Below are positions 26,141 to 34,355 of a DNA stretch of 64,000 nt, in pieces. The notes beneath the pieces are model-generated. The model worked only from the letters and a program-made list of their open reading frames with translations. It searched no databases and was not told the DNA's origin. Source of the stretch: Gaiellales bacterium (GTDB lineage: Bacteria > Actinomycetota > Thermoleophilia > Gaiellales > JAICJC01). The DNA lies in assembly GCA_035473255.1 (NCBI GenBank), contig DATIOK010000068.1, positions 11,858-75,857 of the forward strand, read 5' to 3'. The translations under genes were made by a program, and so were the position numbers. Position 1 is the first letter of the stretch. Every line of letters starts with the position of its first letter.

Positions 26141-27523
26141 ATGAGCAAGCCAAGGCGCGTGATGGTGATCGGGCTGGACTGCGCGGCCCCCCAGATCCTG
26201 TTCGACGACATGAAGAGCGAGCTTCCGGTGCTGGGGGGACTGATGGACCGCGGCGTGTACGGCCCGCTGGAATCGTGCGATCCGCCGATCACCGTGCCGG
26301 CCTGGTCGTGCATGACCAGCTCCAAGGATCCGGGCACGCTCGGCTTCTATGGGTTCCGCAACCGCAAGGACCACTCCTACGACGGGCTCACCTTCGCCAC
26401 CGCCGAGAAGATGAAGGAAGACCGCGTCTGGGACATCCTGTCCCGCGTTGGCAAGCACGTGGTGGTGCTGGGCGTTCCCCAGACCTTTCCGCCGCGCCGC
26501 GTGAACGGCGAGATGATCAGCTGTTTTCTGGCGCCCTCGACCGACTCGAAGTACACCTACCCCGAGGAGTTGCGCGACGAGATCAAGCAGGTGGTCGGCG
26601 AGTACATGGTGGACGTGCCCAACTTCCGCACCGACCAGAAGGACCGGATCCTGCGAGACATCAATGAGATGACGAAGCGCCGGTTCCAGCTGGCCCGCCA
26701 CCTTCGCGACTCGCGCCCCTGGGACTTCTTCATGATGGTCGAGATGGGTACCGACCGCCTGCACCACGGGTTCTGGCGCTACTACGACCACGGCCACCCC
26801 GACTACGTGCCCGGCACCGCCTACGAGCAGGCGTTCCGCGACTACTACCGCTACCTCGACTCCGAGATCGGCTCGCTGATCGAGGGGCTGGGATCAGACA
26901 CCGCGCTGATGGTGGTCTCCGACCACGGCGCCCAGTCGATGGTCGGCGGCATCCGCGTGAACGAGTGGCTGATCCGCGAGGGCTACCTGACCCTGCGCGA
27001 GGGGGCGCCGACCGGGCCGGTCAAGCCGGACATGATCGACTGGGCACGGACGCGGGTGTGGGGCGACGGCGGCTACTACTCGCGCATCTTCCTGAACGTG
27101 CGCGGCCGTGAGCCAGAGGGCGTCATCGAGCCGTCGCAGGTGGAGCCGCTGCGCGACGAGCTGATCGCCAAGCTCGAGGCGCTGGGCGACGAGCAGGGCA
27201 ACTCGATCGGCACGAAGGCGTTTCGCCCTGAGCAGCTCTACCACACCGTCAACGGGGTGCCGCCCGACCTGATCGTCTACTTCGGCAACCTCACCTGGCG
27301 CTCGATCGGCAGCGTCGGTGACGGCGCCATCCACACCCGTGAGAACGACACCGGCCCCGACGACGCCAACCACGCGAAGTACGGCATCTACATCTTCGAA
27401 GGCCCGGGCATGCCGGCGGCGCCGCCGCAGGGCGCTCGCCTGTTCGACATCGCGCCCACGCTGCTGGAGCTGATGGGCCAGCCGGTGCCCGACGACATGC
27501 AGGGCCGGAGCCTCGCTGGATGA
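26141..27523 (+). CDS. alkaline phosphatase superfamily protein (type I phosphodiesterase/nucleotide pyrophosphatase-like), no signal peptide
   Basis: VMVIGLDCA (metal Asp), PPITVPAWSCMTS (Thr nucleophile region) and MVVSDHGAQ (DHG metal site) are present. No N-terminal hydrophobic signal, so it is probably cytoplasmic. Confidence 0.8.
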   Translation: MSKPRRVMVIGLDCAAPQILFDDMKSELPVLGGLMDRGVYGPLESCDPPITVPAWSCMTSSKDPGTLGFYGFRNRKDHSYDGLTFATAEKMKEDRVWDILSRVGKHVVVLGVPQTFPPRRVNGEMISCFLAPSTDSKYTYPEELRDEIKQVVGEYMVDVPNFRTDQKDRILRDINEMTKRRFQLARHLRDSRPWDFFMMVEMGTDRLHHGFWRYYDHGHPDYVPGTAYEQAFRDYYRYLDSEIGSLIEGLGSDTALMVVSDHGAQSMVGGIRVNEWLIREGYLTLREGAPTGPVKPDMIDWARTRVWGDGGYYSRIFLNVRGREPEGVIEPSQVEPLRDELIAKLEALGDEQGNSIGTKAFRPEQLYHTVNGVPPDLIVYFGNLTWRSIGSVGDGAIHTRENDTGPDDANHAKYGIYIFEGPGMPAAPPQGARLFDIAPTLLELMGQPVPDDMQGRSLAG

Positions 27524-28023
27524 TTGACCTCCGCGCCGTCCAGGAGCCGCTCAAGCAGTCATACCGGGAGCACCCCGAGAGCGGCCTGATCACGCTGACC
27601 GCGCGGGGAGCCAGCGCAGACACGCCGATCGCCTGCTCGGTCGACCTCGGCCGCGCCGTCTACGAGACGCAGGCACACACCGGCGTCGGCGGCGAGGGCA
27701 CCGGTGCCTGCTCCGGCGACCTGCTGCTGGGCGCGCTGGCCGCCTGTGCGCAGATCACGTGCCAGATGGTGGCCGAGGCGATGGGCCTCGAGGTGAGCGA
27801 CATCGCGGTCACCGTCGAGGGCGACCTCGACCTGCGCGGCACGCTTGGCATCGACCGCGAGGCGCCGGTCGGGTTCACCGACATCCGCGTGTCGTTTGCG
27901 ATCGACGCTCCCGGCGCGACCAACGAGCAGCTGGGCGCGCTGCGGCGCAAGACCGAGCGCTACTGCGTGGTCATGCAGACGCTCACGACGGCGCCGCCGA
28001 TGACGGTGGGCTGGCGGCCGTGA
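27520..28023 (+). CDS. OsmC family peroxiredoxin
   Basis: Paired cysteines in typical context (GACSGDLLLGALAACAQIT ... ERYCVV). 167 aa. ATGA overlap with the upstream gene. Confidence 0.85.
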   Translation: MIDLRAVQEPLKQSYREHPESGLITLTARGASADTPIACSVDLGRAVYETQAHTGVGGEGTGACSGDLLLGALAACAQITCQMVAEAMGLEVSDIAVTVEGDLDLRGTLGIDREAPVGFTDIRVSFAIDAPGATNEQLGALRRKTERYCVVMQTLTTAPPMTVGWRP

Positions 28024-28520
28024 CACCGAACTTCGACCGGGCCTTCGACCAGCGGCCAGAGGTGCAGGCGGCATGGCTGGCGCTGAACACGTCCATCAAG
28101 GAGTCGATGGACCTGCGCCGCTACGAGTTGGCCACGCTCGCCGCCGCCCAGCGGCTGCGCTCGAGCTACTGCTGCCTGGCCCACGGCAAGGTGCTGATCG
28201 ACAGCTTCGGTGAGCCGGTGCGCGAGATCGCGCTCGACCGCCGCGGGGCCGGTCTGGACGAGGTGGACGTCGCCGTCATGGACCTGGCCGAGCAGGTGGT
28301 GGACGACGCGACCTCGATCGGCGACAAACAGCTGACACGGCTGCGCGAGCTGGGCCTGCCGGAGCAGGAGATCAGGGGCGTCGTCCTGGCCGCGGCCGCT
28401 CGCTGCTTCTTCTCGAAGACGCTTGACGCGCTCAACATCCGGGCCGATGCGAGCTACCGCGAGCTCGACCCGGCACTGCTCGAGGCCCTGGTGGTGGGCC
28501 GGCCGATCTCCGAAGCCTGA
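28020..28520 (+). CDS. carboxymuconolactone decarboxylase/AhpD-like family protein
   Basis: GTG 28020 (GTGA overlap with osmC-like), in frame with ORF 27759..28520. LRRYELATLAAAQRLRSSYCCLAHG resembles the AhpD-like CxxC/CxxH helix. Confidence 0.7.
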   Translation: MTPNFDRAFDQRPEVQAAWLALNTSIKESMDLRRYELATLAAAQRLRSSYCCLAHGKVLIDSFGEPVREIALDRRGAGLDEVDVAVMDLAEQVVDDATSIGDKQLTRLRELGLPEQEIRGVVLAAAARCFFSKTLDALNIRADASYRELDPALLEALVVGRPISEA

Positions 28521-28561
28521 CCGCCGCTGGTCGCGGCCACACAGGGCGGTACCATTGCCCC

Positions 28562-30208
28562 ATGGAGACGCAGCCTTCGCGGCGCACGCAGATCGCCCGC
28601 GTTCGTGAGATCGCGCAGGTGGCCGCCCGGCACGGCTTCGGGTATGCGTTCGAGCGGCGGCCGCGGGGCGCGCAGGAGCCCGAGATGTCGCTGGAGGCGC
28701 GTGGCCGGCACCTGCGCGAGATGCTCGACGAGCTAGGCCCGACCTTCGTCAAGTTCGGCCAGCTGCTCTCGATCCGCCCGGACCTGATGCCGCCCGAGAT
28801 CATCAGCGAGCTGCGCCTGCTGCAGGACTCGGTCTCGCCCTTCTCCTACGAGGAGGTGCAGCAGGTGATCCGCCAGGAGCTGAACGGCGAGATCGGCGAC
28901 CTGTTCGCCTCCTTCGACCCGGTGCCGGTGGCCGCCGCCTCGATCGGGCAGGTGCACCTGGCCGAGCTGCACACCGGCCGCTCGGTGGCGGTGAAGGTGC
29001 AGCGTCCCAACGCGCGGCGCCAGATCGAGGCCGACATCGCGCTGCTGCGCCAGGTCGGCAAGATCGTGAAGAGCCGCGTCGAGCGTCTCGAATTCGTGGA
29101 CACGGTGGAGCTGGTGGACGAGTTCGCGCGGTCGATCACGCGCGAGCTCGACTACCGGATCGAGGCCCGGAACGCCGAGGTGTTCCGGCGCATGTTCGCC
29201 GAGTCGACCACCGTTCTGATCCCCAAGGTGTACTGGACATTCTCCAGCGAGCGGGTACTGACGCTTGAGCGGATCGAGGGCACGACGCTCAGCGACACCG
29301 ACCTATCGGCGCTCGATCCGGCCGAGCGCCGCCGGCTGGCCTACCTGATGGCGGAGGTGTGGCTGGAGATGGTGTTCCGCTACGGCACCTTCCACGCCGA
29401 CCCGCATCCGGCAAACCTGTTCGTGATGGAGGACGGCAGGCTGGGGATCGTCGACTTCGGCATCACCGGCGCGCTCTCGCCCACCGACATGCGCCGCCTC
29501 ACGCGGCTGCTGGTGGACGCCGTCAACGAGAACATCGACCAGCTGCCGCGGCGGCTGCGCGACCTCGGGGTGCGGTTCAACACTGCGCAGGAGGAGGAGT
29601 TCCGGCTGGAGCTGCGCGAGGTCTATTACCGCTATCACGGCGCCGCGCTTGGCGAGATCGACCCGATCGAGGTCGTGCGCGAGGCCTTCTCGCTGATCGC
29701 CCGCATGCACCTGCGCCTGCCCACCCGCTTCGCGCTGCTGGACAAGACGCTGGCCACGCTGGGCTCGGTGGGCGCCGAGCTGTACCCGGAGTTCAACGTG
29801 TTCGAGGTGGCCGAGCCCTATGCCGACGAGCTGATGGCGCAGCAGCTGTCACCCTCAGCCCTGCTCGATCGCGGCCGGGAGGAGCTGATGAGCTACGGCG
29901 GCCTGCTGATGGAGCTGCCCTACCAGGTGCACGACACGCTCGAGCAGTTCCGCGACGGCGAGGTGGAGGTGCAGTTCCGCCACCGCGGGCTCGACCAGCT
30001 CACGTCCAAGGCCGACGTCGTTGCCAACCGGCTGGTGATCGCGATCGTGATGGCCGGGACGATGGTGGGCTCCGCGCTGCTCGGAATCGCGGCCGACGGC
30101 GGCCCGCACGTCTGGGGCGTGCACATCCTGACCTGGTTCGGCTACCTGGTCGCGAGCGGCCTGGGGCTGGTGCTGGTGTGGTCGATCCTGCGCAGCGGCA
30201 GGATCTGA
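28562..30208 (+). CDS. ABC1/UbiB-family atypical protein kinase with two C-terminal TM helices
   Basis: GPTFVKFGQLLSIRPDL, AAASIGQVH, VAVKVQRP, FHADPHPANLF and IVDFGITG are present. The C-terminal hydrophobic segments are LVIAIVMAGTMVGSALLGI and LVASGLGLVLVWSIL. Confidence 0.85.
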   Translation: METQPSRRTQIARVREIAQVAARHGFGYAFERRPRGAQEPEMSLEARGRHLREMLDELGPTFVKFGQLLSIRPDLMPPEIISELRLLQDSVSPFSYEEVQQVIRQELNGEIGDLFASFDPVPVAAASIGQVHLAELHTGRSVAVKVQRPNARRQIEADIALLRQVGKIVKSRVERLEFVDTVELVDEFARSITRELDYRIEARNAEVFRRMFAESTTVLIPKVYWTFSSERVLTLERIEGTTLSDTDLSALDPAERRRLAYLMAEVWLEMVFRYGTFHADPHPANLFVMEDGRLGIVDFGITGALSPTDMRRLTRLLVDAVNENIDQLPRRLRDLGVRFNTAQEEEFRLELREVYYRYHGAALGEIDPIEVVREAFSLIARMHLRLPTRFALLDKTLATLGSVGAELYPEFNVFEVAEPYADELMAQQLSPSALLDRGREELMSYGGLLMELPYQVHDTLEQFRDGEVEVQFRHRGLDQLTSKADVVANRLVIAIVMAGTMVGSALLGIAADGGPHVWGVHILTWFGYLVASGLGLVLVWSILRSGRI

Positions 30209-30219
30209 CCGGCGATTCC

Positions 30220-31848
30220 TCAGGTCGGGTCGAGCCCGCCCTCGCGCACGCCGCCGTCGCGCACCTCCCAGACCCGATCGCACCCGATCGAGTGGATGAA
30301 CTCGCGGTCGTGGGAGACGGTCAGGATGGTGCCGCGGAAACCCTTCAAGGCCCGCTCGACGACGTCGATCGAGTCGAAGTCGAGGTGGTTGGTGGGCTCG
30401 TCCAGCAGCAGCAGCTCTGCGCCGCCCATCACCAGCATCGCGATCAGGAGGCGTGACCGCTCGCCGGCGCTGAGCCCGGCCATGGGGCGGAACAGCTGCT
30501 CCTGCGTGAACAGGAACCAGCCCAGCACCGCCCGCGCCTCGTGCTCGTGACCTGGGACGCCCCGGCGGTAGTGGTCGAGCACCGTGCGCCCGAGCGGCAG
30601 ATGGTCGTGGGTCTGGGGAAGCACGCCCACGCGCGCCTGGCGCAGCACCGAGCCGGACAGCGGCTCCAGGTCTCCCGCGATCACCCGGAACAGCGTGGAC
30701 TTGCCCGAGCCGTTTCGGCCTGTCAGCGCGATCCGGTCGCGGCCCTTGACGACGAGGTCGAGCCCTGAGAGCACAGCCACCCCGTCGTATCCCGCGGTGA
30801 CCTCCTCCAGCGCCGCCAGCCGGCGGCCGGGCTGGGACGTGCCGGCCAGGGTGAAGGAGAACGAGGCCGCCTGCTCGGGCCGCTCGATCCAGTCGGTGGC
30901 GGCTATCTGACGCTCCAGCATGCCCTCGCGGGCCTTGGCCTTCTTCGCCACCTTCTTGGCGTAGCGCTTGAGCTGGTCGCTGCCCATGCCGCGTGCGGTC
31001 GATTCGGTGGCGGCCGCCTGGCTGCGGGTGCGGGCGATGTCTGACTCCAGCCGCTTGCGGTAGCGCTCCTGGGCGCGGTGCTCCTCCTGGCGCCGTTCGA
31101 ACAGCCGCTGCTTCTCGGCGCGGAACGCCGTATAGCCGCCCTCGTAGACGGCCAGTGCGCGTGTCACCGGATCCAGCTCGAGGATGCGCGAGACGGTCTC
31201 GTCGAGGAAGCGGCGGTCGTGGGTCACCACCAGCACGGCGCCGGGGAAGCTCGACAGGTACCGCTCCAGCCAGCGGATACCATCCAGGTCGAGGTGGTTG
31301 GTGGGCTCGTCCAGCAGCAGGACGGTGGGGCGGGACAACAGCACCCCGGCCAGCATCACGCGGGCGGCCTGCCCGCCCGACAGCTCGCGGAAGCGCGCAT
31401 TGTCTGACAGGCCGGTGATGCCGATGTGGCGGCGCACCTGGTCGATCGTGTCGCGGAAGCGCCATCCGTCCAGCACCTCGTAGCGGTGCTGGAGCGCTCC
31501 GTACGCGGCCACCACAGCCTCGTCGCCCGTCGCCATCGCGGCCTCCAGCGCCCGCATCTCGCGGTCGACGGCGTAGACCTCGCCGGCCGACCGGCGCAGG
31601 TGCTCGCCCAGCGTCAGATCCGGATCGGGAGGCTGCTGTTCGAGGTAGGAGACGCGGTCTGAGTCGCCGACGCTGACGATGCCGGCGTCGGGCTTGGCCC
31701 GGCCCGCGAGCAGGCGCAGCAGCGTCGACTTGCCGACGCCGTTGGGTCCGACCAGACCTACCCGGTCGCCGTCAGCGAGGACGAAGGAGACGTCGTCGAA
31801 GAGAGGTTCGGCGTCGTGCGCCGCCCGCAGAGCGTCTGCTTTCAACAC
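30220..31848 (-). CDS. ABC-F family ATPase (two ABC cassettes, no TM domain)
   Basis: Two Walker A sites (GPNGVGKST, GRNGSGKST), two signature motifs (LSGGQAARV, LSAGERSRL), two Walker B sites (LLLDEPTNHLD twice), and a charged linker between the cassettes. Confidence 0.9.
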   Translation of the reverse strand: MLKADALRAAHDAEPLFDDVSFVLADGDRVGLVGPNGVGKSTLLRLLAGRAKPDAGIVSVGDSDRVSYLEQQPPDPDLTLGEHLRRSAGEVYAVDREMRALEAAMATGDEAVVAAYGALQHRYEVLDGWRFRDTIDQVRRHIGITGLSDNARFRELSGGQAARVMLAGVLLSRPTVLLLDEPTNHLDLDGIRWLERYLSSFPGAVLVVTHDRRFLDETVSRILELDPVTRALAVYEGGYTAFRAEKQRLFERRQEEHRAQERYRKRLESDIARTRSQAAATESTARGMGSDQLKRYAKKVAKKAKAREGMLERQIAATDWIERPEQAASFSFTLAGTSQPGRRLAALEEVTAGYDGVAVLSGLDLVVKGRDRIALTGRNGSGKSTLFRVIAGDLEPLSGSVLRQARVGVLPQTHDHLPLGRTVLDHYRRGVPGHEHEARAVLGWFLFTQEQLFRPMAGLSAGERSRLLIAMLVMGGAELLLLDEPTNHLDFDSIDVVERALKGFRGTILTVSHDREFIHSIGCDRVWEVRDGGVREGGLDPT

Positions 31849-31921
31849 GGACCGTCATACCTCTCTGTGCCCAGCATAGCGGGTGCCGGAGGCCGCGTCG
31901 CTGTCCGACCCGCTTCCTAGC

Positions 31922-34300
31922 ATGAGAGCTGTGGATGAACGCGCTCCCCGATGGTTGATCGATCCCTGCTCGGAGCCGGCCGCCCTGGATCTGGCCGGGC
32001 AGCTGGGCGTCAGCCGCACCATGGCCGAGGTGCTGCTGCGCCGCGGCCACGGCGATGCCGCCTCCGCCCGCGCCTTCCTCGAGGCGGACGGCCCGCGTCA
32101 CGACCCGCTGCTGCTGGGTGACATGAGCGCTGGCTGCGACCGCATCCTGGCCGCGATCGAGGGCGGCGAGCGGATCTGCGTGCACGGCGACTACGACGCC
32201 GACGGCATCTGCGCGACGGCGCTGGCCGTCCTGGTGCTGCGATCGCTGGGCGCCGAGGTCGGCTGGCACCTGCCCAGCCGCTTCGAAGAGGGCTACGGCG
32301 TCGGCGCCCAGGCGCTGGAGCGGTTGGCCGGCGAGGGCGTGAAGCTGGTCGTCACGGTCGACTGCGGCATCACGGCCACCGCCGAGGTGGCGAGAGCCCG
32401 CGAGCTCGGCATGGACGTGATCGTGACCGACCACCATCGCCCGGCCGAGCAGCTGCCCGACTGCCTGCGGGTCTGCACCCGGCCGTCGGACTATCCGTTC
32501 CCGGAGCTGTGCGGCACCGGCGTGGTGCTGAAGCTGGCCGAGGCGCTGTACGCGCGCAGCGGACGGGAGCGCGACCAGCTCGACCAGCACCTCGACCTGG
32601 TGGCGCTGGCCACCGTCGCCGACGTGGTGCCGCTGCTCGACGAGAATCGTGGGCTGGTCAGGGCCGGCCTGCGCCGCATGGCGCGCACGGCCAAGCCGGG
32701 GCTGCGTGCGCTGATGGCGGCCGCCCGCATCGACCGGACACGCGTCGCGGCCGGTGATCTCGGCTTCCGGCTCGGCCCTCGCATCAACGCGGCCGGGCGG
32801 CTGGGACACCCCGGCGTCGCGCTTGACCTGCTGCTGACCGATGACGACGATCGTGCCCGCGAGCTGGCCGCGAAGCTCGAGAGCCTGAACCGCCGCCGCC
32901 AGTCGGTCGAGGAGGAGATCCTGGAGCTGGCCGCAGAGCAGGTGGAGGCCCGCGACGCCGCATGGCGCGAGCGGCGTGCCTACGTGCTGGCGTCGCCCGA
33001 TTGGCACGAGGGCGTGATCGGGATCGTGGCGTCGCGCCTGGTCGAGCGCTACGGCCGGCCGGTGGTGCTGATCGCGATCGGCGAGGAGGGCGCCAAGGGG
33101 TCGGGGCGCAGCATCCCCGCCTACGACCTGCACGCCGGGCTGAGCGCCTGTGCCGGGGAGCTGGAGAAGTTCGGCGGCCATCGCGCCGCCGCCGGCCTGT
33201 CGATCGACCCGCTCCGCATCGAACGGTTCGCCGAGCTGCTGGCGGAGCATGCCGCTGCGGCTCTGGACGGGCAGGACCTGGGCCGGGCCGTGCACGTCGA
33301 CGCCGTGGTGGCTCCTTCCGAGCTGTCACTGGAGCTGGCCGATGAGTTGGCCCGCCTCGAACCCTGCGGGCTGGGAAACCCGGGCGTGATGCTGCTGGCA
33401 CCGGCCACGACGCTGACCTCGGTAGAGACGATGAGCGAGGGCAAGCATGTCCGCATGGCGGTCGAGCTGGGCGGCTTCCACTGCCGCGCGGTCGGGTTCG
33501 GGATGGGACGTGACGCGCCCGTGCTGCGCCAGTCGGGACGCCACGACGTGGCCTTCCGGCTCCAGCGCAACCAGTGGAACGGCACCGTCACCCCGCAGAT
33601 GCTCGTGCGTGCGGTGCGCACGCTGGACGCGCAGGCGCCCGCGGCCGACCCCAGGCCGTCGCTCGCCGGCCGCTCAGGCTGCCTGGTCGACGCGCGCGGC
33701 CAGGGCACGCAGATCGCGACCATCGCGCGCCTGCTGGCCGGCGGCGACGACGTGCTGGTGGTGGTCGCCGAGCGCGCCCGCCGCCAGGCGATGCTGACCG
33801 GCGTGCTGCACCCGGCGCGATTCGGCGCGGCCGGCATCGCGCTGGCCGAGTGGGACGAGCTGCCCGGAGCAGCGGACGGGTTCGGCGCGCTGGTGCTGCT
33901 CGATCCGCCCCAGGACGAGCGGCTGCTGCCGCTGGTCGGCGAGCTGGCCGAGCGCGCGGCGGTGCACGTCGTCTGGGGCGGGGCCGAGATCGCCTTTGCA
34001 CGGTCGGTGGCCGCGGAGCGCGAGCCGCTGCGGCCGGCCCTGGCCGCGGTCTGGCGAGCGGCCCGCGACGGCGTCACCCCGCTGCTGCCGGCCCGCACCG
34101 TCGCCGCCTGCCTGCGGGTGCTGGAGGAGCTGGGTCTCGATCCGTCCGCACCCCCGGCGGACCGGGTCGACCTCGAAGCCTCCGCCAGCTTCCGGGCGGC
34201 GCAGGCGCGCCTGCGCGAGTCGCTGGAGTTCCTCGGCCGGCTGGAAAGCGGCGGGCTGACGCTGGACGTTGTGCCGGAGCCGGTGGCCGCCGCTGTCTGA
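31922..34300 (+). CDS. recJ: single-stranded-DNA-specific exonuclease RecJ with a C-terminal extension of about 230 aa
   Basis: DHH motifs are ICVHGDYDADGICA, VTVDCG and VIVTDHH; DHHA1 is GGHRAAAGL. ATG 31922 is preferred, but GTG 31883 is possible. The sequence after about 33608 is Ala/Leu/Arg-rich with no motif I recognise. Confidence 0.8.
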   Translation: MRAVDERAPRWLIDPCSEPAALDLAGQLGVSRTMAEVLLRRGHGDAASARAFLEADGPRHDPLLLGDMSAGCDRILAAIEGGERICVHGDYDADGICATALAVLVLRSLGAEVGWHLPSRFEEGYGVGAQALERLAGEGVKLVVTVDCGITATAEVARARELGMDVIVTDHHRPAEQLPDCLRVCTRPSDYPFPELCGTGVVLKLAEALYARSGRERDQLDQHLDLVALATVADVVPLLDENRGLVRAGLRRMARTAKPGLRALMAAARIDRTRVAAGDLGFRLGPRINAAGRLGHPGVALDLLLTDDDDRARELAAKLESLNRRRQSVEEEILELAAEQVEARDAAWRERRAYVLASPDWHEGVIGIVASRLVERYGRPVVLIAIGEEGAKGSGRSIPAYDLHAGLSACAGELEKFGGHRAAAGLSIDPLRIERFAELLAEHAAAALDGQDLGRAVHVDAVVAPSELSLELADELARLEPCGLGNPGVMLLAPATTLTSVETMSEGKHVRMAVELGGFHCRAVGFGMGRDAPVLRQSGRHDVAFRLQRNQWNGTVTPQMLVRAVRTLDAQAPAADPRPSLAGRSGCLVDARGQGTQIATIARLLAGGDDVLVVVAERARRQAMLTGVLHPARFGAAGIALAEWDELPGAADGFGALVLLDPPQDERLLPLVGELAERAAVHVVWGGAEIAFARSVAAEREPLRPALAAVWRAARDGVTPLLPARTVAACLRVLEELGLDPSAPPADRVDLEASASFRAAQARLRESLEFLGRLESGGLTLDVVPEPVAAAV

Positions 34301-34355
34301 TCCGCAGATTGGTCCTGCCATGGGCGCCGGGGGGTCCGTTCACTACACTGTGTAC

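Noticed and set aside
29855-33295. 536-aa (29855..31465) and 507-aa (31772..33295) minus-strand ORFs
   Set aside because: They overlap the ABC-F gene in another frame, or lie antisense to the UbiB-like and recJ genes. They have no motifs and a shadow-ORF composition.
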